Shown in pieces: positions 55,108 to 64,000 of a DNA stretch of 64,000 nucleotides. Every line of letters starts with the position of its first letter. Position 1 is the stretch's first letter. Below the pieces are notes generated by a model. The model did not search any database, had not been told where the DNA came from, and saw nothing but the letters and a program-made list of their open reading frames with translations. A program made the translations under genes and the position numbers. The stretch is from positions 274,595 to 338,594 of the forward strand of contig CAVXIE010000002.1 in the NCBI GenBank assembly GCA_963761865.1, in the 5' to 3' direction. The DNA is from Candidatus Staskawiczbacteria bacterium (GTDB lineage: Bacteria; Patescibacteriota; Minisyncoccia; Minisyncoccales; Staskawiczbacteraceae).

Positions 55108-56028
55108 ATGATATACGATTTAATAATTATTGGCGCGGGGCCGGCAGGAGTTTCTGCCGGAATATATGCGGCTCGCCAGCAGCTCAAAATTTTGATTATT
55201 TCAAAAGATATCGGTGGCCAGGTTGCCAAAAAAGCGGTTGATATTGAGAATTATCCGGGATTTGAAAAAATTTCAGGTCCGGATTTGGTTGAGCTTTACC
55301 AAAAGCAAATTAAAGTCAATAATTTGGAAGTTGTTTTTGACGAAGTAACCGATATTAATAAAACTGATAAGTTTTCAACAAAAACAAGTTCCGGTAAAGA
55401 ATATCAGGCAATTTCAGTGGTTATTGCTTCCGGCGCAAAATCAAAAATGCTGAACGTTGAAGGCGAAGAAGCATTTGCCGGAAAGGGAGTAAGCTATTGT
55501 TCATTGTGCGACGGACCGGTATTCAAAGATAAAACCGTGGCGGTTATCGGCGGAGGCAATAATGGGTTTGAATCGGCGGTGTTTCTTTCCAATTACGTCA
55601 AAAAGATTTATATTTTAGAATTTAGCGACAAAATTGGTGCTGATAAAGAAAATCAGGATTTGGTTGCCAAACACAAAAATATAGAAGTTATCACAAATGC
55701 CAAAGTGTTAAAAATTGAGGGAAAAATATTTGTAAATTCAATTACATATCAGGATTTAAAAACAAACAAAGAAATAAAGCTTGATATTAACGGAGTTTTT
55801 GTTGAAATTGGATATCTGCCGGCAACTTCGTTTGCTAAAAATCTGGTTGATTTAAACGAAAAAAATGAAATTATGTTTGACGCCAAAACCCTAGAAACAA
55901 AGACTCAGGGATTATTTTCAGCAGGGGATTGCAACGTTTCAAAATACAAGCAAATCATTATGGCATCCGGCGACGGCGCAAAAGCAGCTCTGAGTGCATA
56001 TGAATATATCAAACGAAACAAGAACTAA
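55108..56028 (+). CDS. trxB: thioredoxin-disulfide reductase
   Basis: IIIGAGPAGVSAGIYAAR, CSLCDG redox pair, VIGGGNNGFE, GDC. Confidence 0.9.
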   Translation: MIYDLIIIGAGPAGVSAGIYAARQQLKILIISKDIGGQVAKKAVDIENYPGFEKISGPDLVELYQKQIKVNNLEVVFDEVTDINKTDKFSTKTSSGKEYQAISVVIASGAKSKMLNVEGEEAFAGKGVSYCSLCDGPVFKDKTVAVIGGGNNGFESAVFLSNYVKKIYILEFSDKIGADKENQDLVAKHKNIEVITNAKVLKIEGKIFVNSITYQDLKTNKEIKLDINGVFVEIGYLPATSFAKNLVDLNEKNEIMFDAKTLETKTQGLFSAGDCNVSKYKQIIMASGDGAKAALSAYEYIKRNKN

Positions 56029-56065
56029 GTACTAAAATTTTTGTAAAAAAACAACCCGATTATCG

Positions 56066-56335
56066 TTAATCGGGTTTTGCGTTATCATAATAGGCTATGA
56101 ACTTTTTAATTTCTTTAGACATTAGATCCATGCCGGACCTTTTCAATTTTTTCATATTGGGATAGGGGCCGTGCAGTTCTTTGTCAAGATAATAGTCGTT
56201 TTTGTTATATAGCCTCTCAAACTGGTTCTTTATATCTTCGCGTGCCTCTTTTTTGCTCTCAGCCTCAGCATACATAACGCCTTTAATACAATCAATGGCG
56301 TCAACCTGCTGTTTACGAAATTGAAGCCAGAACAT
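56066..56335 (-). CDS. hypothetical protein
   Basis: 89-aa ORF, stop inside a bidirectional hairpin (56055-56074). Confidence 0.45.
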   Translation of the reverse strand: MFWLQFRKQQVDAIDCIKGVMYAEAESKKEAREDIKNQFERLYNKNDYYLDKELHGPYPNMKKLKRSGMDLMSKEIKKFIAYYDNAKPD

Positions 56336-56481
56336 ACCAGTTCTCCCTTTGCTTTAGGTTAATGGAAAGGACAGGTTTAATAACTATACAAATAGTATAA
56401 CAATTAAAAATATTAGTCAATGGTTGTCTCATTATATTTTTTTTGCTACAATTTGGCTATAAAAGTAAAATAACAAAAAGT

Positions 56482-57708
56482 ATGTCAAAGATTAAAGAAA
56501 TTATTGCAAGAGAAATTAAAGATTCTAGAGGAAAGCCGACTGTGGAAGTGGAATTAACTACTGAAAAGGGTAGTTTTATTGCCTCTTGTCCTTCCGGCGC
56601 GTCAACGGGCAAAAATGAGGCTTTGGAGTTACGTGATGCGGACGGCAGGGGAGTTACCACCGCAATAGAAAACGTAAACAAAATTATTGCGCCAAAATTA
56701 AAAGGAAAAGATCCGGTCAACCAAAAAGAGTTAGATGATTTAATGATCCAATTAGATGGAACTGAAAATAAATCAAAATTGGGAGCCAATGCAATTTTAC
56801 CTGTTTCTATGGCAATTTGTCGAGCCGGAGCCGCTGCCAAAAAAGTGTCGTTGTATTCTCATATCGCCGAACTTGCGGGCTATAACCTAAAAGCTATAAG
56901 CTATAAGCTTCCGCGTCCTAGCTTCAATATTTTAAACGGCGGAGCTCATGCTAAAAACGAACTGGAAATTCAGGAATTTATGATTGTTCCGCAAAAGAAA
57001 TTATTCGCCGAAAATTTGGTGTTGGGAAGCAAAATTTTTAATACACTAACGGAGCTTTTGAAAACCCAGTTCGGGTCGGTTCCTGAAATGGGAGACGAAG
57101 GCGGATACGCGCCGTTAATTTCAAAACCGGAACAAGCGCTATATTTAATAAAAAGTTCAATTGGGGATAATAAAGATGTTGGCATTGCGCTTGATTGCGC
57201 CGCTTCAGAATTTTACCGCGACGGAAAATATGAACCGGAAGACGGAAAACAGCTTTCCAGAAGCGAAATGGTTGAATTTTATAAAGATTTGGTTGCCAGA
57301 TTCCCGATTATTTCCATTGAAGATCCGTTTTCAGAGGAAGATTGGGTTGGATTTGAAGAAATTCACCGCGAAATGGCAAACATCACTATTATTGGCGACG
57401 ATTTAACTACAACCAACATTAAAAAAATAAAAGAAGCGGAAAGCAAAAAAGCCTGCAATGGAATTATTATAAAATTAAACCAAATCGGGACAGTTTCAGA
57501 AACGATTGAAGCGGTAAATTTGGCAAAATCTTATGGTTGGAAAATTATGGTAAGCCACCGAAGCGGCGAAACAATGGATAATTTTATTGCTGATTTATCG
57601 GTTGGTGTCGGCGCAGACTTCATAAAATCCGGAGCTTATACCAAAGACGTAAGAAAAGTAAAATACGACCGGTTATTAGAAATTGAGCAAGAATTAAACA
57701 AAAAATAG
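56482..57708 (+). CDS. eno: enolase
   Basis: IIAREIKDSRGKPTVEVE, SGASTG.NEALELRD, NILNGGAHA, SHRSGETMDNFIADL; ATG 56482 preferred. Confidence 0.95.
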   Translation: MSKIKEIIAREIKDSRGKPTVEVELTTEKGSFIASCPSGASTGKNEALELRDADGRGVTTAIENVNKIIAPKLKGKDPVNQKELDDLMIQLDGTENKSKLGANAILPVSMAICRAGAAAKKVSLYSHIAELAGYNLKAISYKLPRPSFNILNGGAHAKNELEIQEFMIVPQKKLFAENLVLGSKIFNTLTELLKTQFGSVPEMGDEGGYAPLISKPEQALYLIKSSIGDNKDVGIALDCAASEFYRDGKYEPEDGKQLSRSEMVEFYKDLVARFPIISIEDPFSEEDWVGFEEIHREMANITIIGDDLTTTNIKKIKEAESKKACNGIIIKLNQIGTVSETIEAVNLAKSYGWKIMVSHRSGETMDNFIADLSVGVGADFIKSGAYTKDVRKVKYDRLLEIEQELNKK

Positions 57709-57713
57709 TTTTT

Positions 57714-58241
57714 ATGCCAGAAAATGAGAAAGGACAATCTGCACAAGAAAAATTTGTTGCTGGGAAAGAAATTTCACCAGAAGAAATTGAGGGTATAAGC
57801 TTGAGACGTGCTACTGTTGAAGATGTAGACGATATCTTGGCGGTTGAAAAAAGTTTGGAAGGGATAAAAACATACTCTCCATTAACCGACAGAGAAGAAG
57901 CGGTAAAAGAAATTACAGATAGCTTTGTTTATCTGATTGAGCAAAATTCTAGGGTTGTGGGAGATATATCCTACGAAATTCGAGACAAAAATCATGCATA
58001 TATAAGCGGTTTGGCGATTATGCCGGATTTTCAAAGACAGGGTATCGGCAGAAAAGCACTTGAAATGGTATTGGAAGATTTAAAAGACTTCGAGGTTATT
58101 GATCTTGTTACTCATCCTGATAATAAATCTATTGGTTTGTACAAATCATTTGGCTTTAAAGAAGCAGGAGAGAAAATAGAGAATTATTTTGGTGACGGAG
58201 AGTCAAGAATTAGGATGGTTTTAGAGAAAGAAAAGCAATAA
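57714..58241 (+). CDS. GNAT family N-acetyltransferase
   Basis: LAIMPDFQRQGIGRKAL acetyl-CoA motif. Confidence 0.8.
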   Translation: MPENEKGQSAQEKFVAGKEISPEEIEGISLRRATVEDVDDILAVEKSLEGIKTYSPLTDREEAVKEITDSFVYLIEQNSRVVGDISYEIRDKNHAYISGLAIMPDFQRQGIGRKALEMVLEDLKDFEVIDLVTHPDNKSIGLYKSFGFKEAGEKIENYFGDGESRIRMVLEKEKQ

Positions 58242-58308
58242 GCTAAAAAAGCGTATCAAATTGTGGAATTGATACGCTTTAAATAAAAAAAGTAAAAACA
58301 GTAAAAAT

Positions 58309-58980
58309 ATGAGCAAATTATATTTACAAAGGCATTTAAAATCACAGTGGAACTTAGATGACCGTTTTGCGGGGTGGACCGATGGTCCGTTAACCAAAGA
58401 TGGCGATTTGACCGCGAAAGAATTTTCAAAGCAATTTATAGGAGTTAATATTGATAAAGCATATTGTTCGGCGCAATTTAGAAGTATGGATACCCTGGCC
58501 AGTATTTATTATAATATTCCGGATAAATATCCTATGTTTATTCATATCGACGGCGGCAAAATGGAAAAGTGGGGCAAATATGGCAACCAAAACGATAGAG
58601 AATTGCCGGTGTTTACCACAGAGATATTAAATGAAAGATGTTATGGTAATCTTCAGGGGCTAAATAAAAAAGAAACTGCCGAAAAATTTGGGGAAGAGCA
58701 AGCTAAGCTATGGAGAAGAAGCTATGATGTTGCTCCGCCAAACGGCGAATCGCTGAAAGATGTATGCAAAAGAGTGGATCCGTTTTTCAAAAAGAACATT
58801 CAAAAAGATTTAGCCGATGGAAAAAATATATTGGTTGTTGCCAGTCATAATAGTTTAAGGGCAATCGTAAAACACATCGAAAATATTTCTGATACAGATA
58901 TTGTTAACCTGGAGTTGCCTTTTGGGTCGCTAGTTTCGTATAACTATAGTGAAGATGGAAGGTTTGAGAAATTGCAATAA
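58309..58980 (+). CDS. gpmA: 2,3-bisphosphoglycerate-dependent phosphoglycerate mutase-like histidine phosphatase
   Basis: LQRHLKSQWNLDDRFAGWTDGPLT, LWRRSYDVAPP, SHNSLRA. Confidence 0.8.
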   Translation: MSKLYLQRHLKSQWNLDDRFAGWTDGPLTKDGDLTAKEFSKQFIGVNIDKAYCSAQFRSMDTLASIYYNIPDKYPMFIHIDGGKMEKWGKYGNQNDRELPVFTTEILNERCYGNLQGLNKKETAEKFGEEQAKLWRRSYDVAPPNGESLKDVCKRVDPFFKKNIQKDLADGKNILVVASHNSLRAIVKHIENISDTDIVNLELPFGSLVSYNYSEDGRFEKLQ

Positions 58981-59033
58981 AATTTACATATGATACAATA
59001 CATAATTAATATTAAATTAAAAAAGTAAAAAAT

Positions 59034-59990
59034 ATGCAGATGAATAAAAATTCGATTCTTATTATTGTGGCAATCCTGGCGGTAGTTGTTACCGGTGTGT
59101 TGATTTATTTTAATTCTAACCCTGCTACAGATAATGTGCTTTCATTTTTGCAATTTAATTCTAAATCGGCAGATAGTGCAATTGCCAAAAAAGCGATAGA
59201 TTATATAAATCAAAACGGATTGGCCGGTCAAGGACAAACAGTTACTTTGGTAAGCGTTTCAGAACAAAGCGGTCTAGTTAAAATGAGCGTGAAAGTTGGA
59301 ACCAACAGTTTTGACAGTTACGTGACAAAAGACGGAAGCCTTTTGTTCCCGACATCAATTCCATTAACCGGGACAACCGCACAGGCAAATGCCAATTCGC
59401 AAACTCCTCCAGCTGGTTCGCAAACTGTAGACATCAGCAAAGTAAATATTACAGGAGAGCCATACACTGGTAACGTAAATGCTCCGGTAGTTATGGCATT
59501 TTGGTCTGATTACCAGTGTCCGTTCTGCAAAAAAGTTGAACAAGAAATTATTCCTCAACTAGTTAAAGATTACGTTGATACCGGAAAGTTAAAGATCGTT
59601 TTTAAAGATTATCCTTTCTTGGGTGTGGACTCACAGACGCTTGCTAAATTCAGCCGAGCCGTTTGGCAAGTAGCTCCGGCAAAGTTTTATGCTTGGAATA
59701 AAAATATGTATGACAACCAGGGCACAGAAAATACCGGATGGGCAACTCAGAGTGAAATTATGAAATTAACTACCAGTGTGCTTGGGGCTGGCGACGCGGC
59801 AAAAGTATTGGCGCTTGAACAGAGCAATTCAGATCAATATCAAAAATTATTGGATGCGGACAAAGCAGAAGGCGTAAGTTTTGGAATTCAAGGAACTCCT
59901 GGTACAATTATTGGCAAAAAGCTTATTTCAGGAGCTGATGTATATTCTTCATTCAGCGGCGCAATAGACGCAGTGCTTAACGGTAAATAA
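59034..59990 (+). CDS. DsbA-family thiol:disulfide oxidoreductase, membrane anchored
   Basis: N-terminal TM, WSDYQCPFCKK. Confidence 0.8.
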   Translation: MQMNKNSILIIVAILAVVVTGVLIYFNSNPATDNVLSFLQFNSKSADSAIAKKAIDYINQNGLAGQGQTVTLVSVSEQSGLVKMSVKVGTNSFDSYVTKDGSLLFPTSIPLTGTTAQANANSQTPPAGSQTVDISKVNITGEPYTGNVNAPVVMAFWSDYQCPFCKKVEQEIIPQLVKDYVDTGKLKIVFKDYPFLGVDSQTLAKFSRAVWQVAPAKFYAWNKNMYDNQGTENTGWATQSEIMKLTTSVLGAGDAAKVLALEQSNSDQYQKLLDADKAEGVSFGIQGTPGTIIGKKLISGADVYSSFSGAIDAVLNGK

Positions 59991-60132
59991 GAAATCGTAA
60001 ATCTAAAATTACAAATCACAAATAAATCCAAATAACCAAAATCCAAATAACCAAAACACGTTTTGAATTTTAAAAAATTAGAATTTAGATATTGTTTGTA
60101 ATTTGGTGCTTGTAATTTGGGATTTCACAATT

Positions 60133-60363
60133 ATGGTTACAATTTATTCAACGCCTACGTGTGTTTATTGTAAAACATTAAAAGAATATTTGACTGAAAA
60201 GAATATCAAATACCAAGATATTGATGTTTCCAAGGATGAAAAGGAACTGGAAAAAATGGTAAAAATCTCAGGGCAGATGGGTGTTCCGGTTATTGTTATT
60301 GAGGGAGAGGTTATAGTCGGCTTTGACAGGAGAAAAGTTGACGAATTACTAAAAATTAAATAG
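60133..60363 (+). CDS. glutaredoxin-like protein
   Basis: VTIYSTPTCVYCKTLKEYL, GVPVIVIEGEVIVGFD; ATG 60133 preferred. Confidence 0.85.
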   Translation: MVTIYSTPTCVYCKTLKEYLTEKNIKYQDIDVSKDEKELEKMVKISGQMGVPVIVIEGEVIVGFDRRKVDELLKIK

Positions 60364-60369
60364 AAACTT

Positions 60370-61374
60370 ATGGCTAATATAGCGATAAATGGTTTCGGCC
60401 GTATCGGAAGGCAGACATTTAAAAGGATATTGGAAAAATACCCGGATTTAAATGTCGTTGCTATCAATGACTTAACGGACACTAAAACCTTGGCTCATTT
60501 ATTGAAGTACGATTCTAATTATGGAATCTTTGGTAAAGAAATAAAAGAAGGAAAAGACTCTATAATAGTTGACGACAAGGAATATAAAGTTTTAGCCGAA
60601 AAAGATCCATTAAAATTGCCTTGGAAAAAGCTGGGCGTTGATATAGTTTTAGAATGTACCGGTTTTTTTGTTGATAAAGAGTCGGCAGATATGCATATAA
60701 AAGCCGGAGCAAAAAAAGTGATTATTTCGGCTCCGTGCAAGTCAAAAGAAATTCCAAGCTTTGTGTTGGGCGTAAATGAAAAAGATTATACTGATAAAGT
60801 TGATGTAATGGATATGGGTTCCTGCACAACTAATTGTTTGGCAACGGTTGCTAAGGTATTGCATGATAATTTTGGGATTGAAAAAGGTTTTATGACAACC
60901 GTGCATAGCTACACAAATGACCAGAAAATTTTAGATTTGCCACATAGAGATTTAAGAAGAGCCAGAGCGGCGGCATTAAATATTATTCCGACAAGCACAG
61001 GAGCGGCAATTGCCATCGGTAAAGTGATTTCTGAGCTGCAGGGTAAATTAGACGGTATCGCCATCAGAGTACCAACGCCGGTTGTTTCTATCTTAGATTT
61101 AATTGTGAACGTAAAAAAGCCAACAACTGTTGATGAAGTTAATGGCGCATTTAAAAAAGCGGCCACGCAAGATGGTTTCAAGGGAATTTTAGGAGTTGAT
61201 GACCAGCAATTGGTTTCTATGGATTTTAAAGGCGATTCCAGGTCTTCTGTTGTTGATTTACCCGAAACGATGGTAAACGGAAATTTGGTAAAAGTGGTTG
61301 CCTGGTATGACAACGAGTGGGGGTATAGTTGTAGACTCGCAGAGTTTGCTGATTACGTTGCCAAGAAAATGTAA
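60370..61374 (+). CDS. gap: type I glyceraldehyde-3-phosphate dehydrogenase
   Basis: INGFGRIGR, SCTTNCLA, WYDNEWGYS. Confidence 0.95.
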   Translation: MANIAINGFGRIGRQTFKRILEKYPDLNVVAINDLTDTKTLAHLLKYDSNYGIFGKEIKEGKDSIIVDDKEYKVLAEKDPLKLPWKKLGVDIVLECTGFFVDKESADMHIKAGAKKVIISAPCKSKEIPSFVLGVNEKDYTDKVDVMDMGSCTTNCLATVAKVLHDNFGIEKGFMTTVHSYTNDQKILDLPHRDLRRARAAALNIIPTSTGAAIAIGKVISELQGKLDGIAIRVPTPVVSILDLIVNVKKPTTVDEVNGAFKKAATQDGFKGILGVDDQQLVSMDFKGDSRSSVVDLPETMVNGNLVKVVAWYDNEWGYSCRLAEFADYVAKKM

Positions 61375-61520
61375 AATGTGGTCGAAATAATCAAAACTTT
61401 AAAATTATAAAAATATGACATTAAAAATGGGAGATGGCGCAGAAGAAACACCAACGGAGGAAGAAGAAGAGGACGACGATGATGATGAAACAGCCGATGA
61501 TATTGAAAAGGAATAATATA

Positions 61521-61546
61521 AAAGCCCTGATTTTGGGGCTTTTTTG
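61521..61546 (+). terminator. intrinsic terminator
   Basis: gccct/ggggc hairpin plus T-run. Confidence 0.6.
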
Positions 61547-61648
61547 TTGAAATTGAGATAATATAATAAAAATTTGGTAAACATTTATCAACTCTTGTTG
61601 CAGAATTTTTAGTGTAGTATAATTATTGAATATATTAAATTCTAAACT

Positions 61649-64000
61649 ATGGAAGAAAACGCAAAGATTGCTGCAAATCAAATTTTGCCCAAAAGCAAAA
61701 ATGTTTTGTGGTTTAGGGAGGTTGGCATTAAAGATGTCGGCTCTGTCGGCGGGAAAAACGCTTCGTTGGGCGAATTACGCAATAATCTGGTTGCAAAAGG
61801 AATAAATGTCCCGGATGGTTTTGCAACCACAGCCAATGCCTATTTTTATTTTATGGAAAAAAGCGGTCTGAGGAAGCAAATGGATGAAATCCTAAAAGAT
61901 GTTGATATTCATAATTTAAAAACACTTCACGAAAAGGGTCAAAAAGTACGGGAATTAATTTTGGCAGCCAGTTTGCCCGATGATTTAAACCAAGATATTC
62001 TTACCGCTTACCAGGAATTGTCAAAGCTTTATGGTGTAGAAAAAGTGGATGTTGCTGTAAGGTCTTCGGCTACCGCCGAGGATTTACCCGGGGCCAGTTT
62101 TGCCGGCCAGCAGGAAACTTATTTGAATATTAGCGGTGAAAAAAGTGTTTAACTGCGGTAAAAAAATGTTTTGCTTCGCTTTTTACCGATCGGGCAATCG
62201 TTTATAGGCAAGAAATGGGTTTTTCGCATTCAAAGGTTGGATTATCTGCCGGAATTCAAAAAATGGTAAGATCGGATTTGGGAGCTTCAGGAGTGATGTT
62301 TTCGTGCGATACAGAATCAGGGTTTGGCGACGTTGTTTTAATAAATGCCAGCTATGGACTGGGCGAAAACGTGGTGCATGGTAGAGTTGAGCCTGACCAA
62401 TATTATGTGTTTGAAACAACTCTTAAAAAAGGATTTAAGCCGGTGATAGAAAAAAAGATTGGTTCAAAAAATATCAGAATGGTTTATGACAAAAATCCGG
62501 AAAAACCGACGTAAAAATATTAAATCATCAAAAAAAGAACGGGAGACATTTGTGTTGCCAAACGAAGATATTTTAACATTGGCAAAGTGGTCGTTATTAG
62601 TTGAAGAACATTACGCAAAATCAATGGATATGGAATGGGCAAAAGACGGAAGAGACGGAAAGCTATATATTGTGCAGGCAAGACCCGAAACAGTGCAAAG
62701 CAAAAAGAATTTAAAGATTCTGGAAGAATATAAAATTGATACAAAAAAAGTTGGCAAGATATTGAGCCAGGGATTAAGCGTTGGAAGTAAAATAGGTTCA
62801 GGAAAGGCAAATGAAATAATGAGCCCCAAAGATATCGGCAAATTTAAAAAAGGAGAAGTTTTAGTAACAGGAATGACCGACCCTGATTGGGTTCCGGCAA
62901 TGAAACTGGCTTCGGCAATTGTCACTGATTCCGGCGGAAGAACTGCCATGCGGCAATTGTTTCACGAGAGCTTGGAATTCCGTGCGTAGTTGGAGCTACT
63001 GATGCAACCAAAGTTATAAAATCCGGAGATGAGGTTACAGTAGATTGCTCAAGCGGAGAAAATGGGTTTGTTTATCAGGGAATAATTCCGTTTGAAATTG
63101 TAAAAACCGATGTTTCTAGAATCCAAAAAACAAAAACAAAAATCGTGATGAATATCGCTGATCCGTCTAAGGTTTTAAATTTAAGCTTTATTCCAAACGA
63201 CGGCGTTGGTCTTGCCAGAGAAGAATTTATCATAGCCAATACGATAAAAATTCATCCTAATGCTCTGATAGATTATAAAAAGCTGAAAACTCCTCTGCGC
63301 AAAAAAATTGATGCGCTGACGTTAGGATATGAAAATAAGGTAGATTTTTACGTTGATAAATTAGCCGAAGGCATTGGAAAAATTGGAGCCGCATTTTATC
63401 CAAAACAGGTGATTGTCCGATTTTCCGATTTTAAAACCAATGAATATCGCCAGCTTTTGGGCGGAGATTTATACGAAATGCACGAAGACAACCCAATGAT
63501 TGGGTTTCGAGGAGCGGCCCGATATTATGACGTCCAGTTTAAGCAGGCGTTTTTGCTGGAGTGCAAAGCAATTAAAAAAGTTAGGGAAGAGTTTGGTATT
63601 GATAATATACAGGTGATGGTTCCGTTTTGCAGAACAGTTGATGAAGGCAGAAAAGTTGTAAAAGTTATTGAAGAGGCGGGATTAAAAAGCGGAGAAAACG
63701 GCTTAAAGATTTTTGTAATGTGCGAAATTCCGGCCAATGTTATTTTAGCTGAGCAATTTTTACAGGTTTTTGACGGATTTTCAATAGGTTCTAATGACCT
63801 AACCCAGTTGACCTTAGGACTTGATAGGGACAATTCAGTAATTGCCGGCATCGGAAATGAAAAAAATGAAGCAATTAAAGAGCTGATAGAAGAAGCGGTA
63901 AGAGTTTGCAAGTTAAACAATAAATACTCCGGAATTTGCGGGCAGGCGCCGTCAGATTTTCCTGATTTTGCAGAATTTTTAGTGGAGCTGGGAATTGAAT
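61649..64000 (+). pseudogene. ppsA: phosphoenolpyruvate synthase (pyruvate, water dikinase), at least three frameshifts; 3' end beyond window
   Basis: VGGKNASLGEL, SSATAEDLPGASFAGQQETYLN, GGRT(C)HAAIVSRELGIP needs a missing base near 62940, C-terminal PEP-utilising barrel open to 64000. Confidence 0.85.

Noticed and set aside
61415-61516. A 33-aa highly acidic mini-ORF (MTLKMGDGAEETPTEEEEEDDDDDETADDIEKE) between gap and ppsA.
   Set aside because: It has no ribosome-binding site and is very short and low-complexity. The downstream terminator can equally belong to gap, so it cannot be supported as a gene.

Overview
This is an AT-rich, gene-dense bacterial chromosome segment. Its style points to a Candidate Phyla Radiation / Patescibacteria-like genome; this is inference, and no search was run. 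Supporting traits are small genes, a short AlaRS, lysine/glutamate-rich tails on housekeeping proteins, and metabolism limited mostly to lower glycolysis and redox.

Gene content: the tail of the spc/alpha ribosomal cluster runs secY-adk-map ... infA-rpmJ-rpsM-rpsK-rpsD-rpoA-rplQ-rplM-rpsI, and is interrupted by tpiA, a YkuK-like gene, alaS and a hypothetical gene. Next comes a restriction-modification island with two methyltransferases, followed by GIY-YIG-like and NYN-domain genes. The rest of the window holds pheS, gyrB, secE-nusG-rplK, murA, two mreB paralogues, holB, frr, rseP, proS, gatCA, pyrE, prfB-ftsEX, ftsZ, galU, eno, gpmA, gap, ppsA, trxB, Dsb-like and glutaredoxin-like genes, and four tRNAs (Gly-CCC, Thr-CGT, Gln-CTG, Ile-GAT).

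Four things stand out beyond the ordinary genes.

1. Palindromic repeats fill almost every intercistronic gap, from the upstream stop codon to within a few nt of the next start codon, and fall into several families:
- GC-stem 'CCCCGCCCTCTA...TAGAGGGCGGGG' elements.
- CTAATTAG-word elements, one of which carries a four-helix-bundle / 23S-rRNA-IVS-family ORF.
- TAG/CTA-word elements.
- AAGTTAT-word elements.
- A CGTCG...TGGCCA family.
Repeat-like sequence also sits in frame inside tpiA, gatA and eno.

2. Two conserved structured-RNA-like modules occur twice each. One lies downstream of both mreB paralogues. The other is flanked by duplicated 3' ends of a tRNA-Thr gene and of an unidentified promoter-driven RNA.

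3. Several patches look GC-richer by eye and appear foreign. The clearest is a gene with a planctomycete-style N-terminal motif embedded where a subtilase gene is truncated.

4. Many essential genes carry 1-nt, mostly homopolymer-type frameshifts, clustered in a few stretches: secY, gyrB, nusG, rseP, proS, mreB-2, prfB, ftsE, ftsX and ppsA. This pattern is more consistent with consensus errors than with real decay, but the sequence alone cannot decide.

No CRISPR array, cas gene, rRNA, transposase or integrase was seen.
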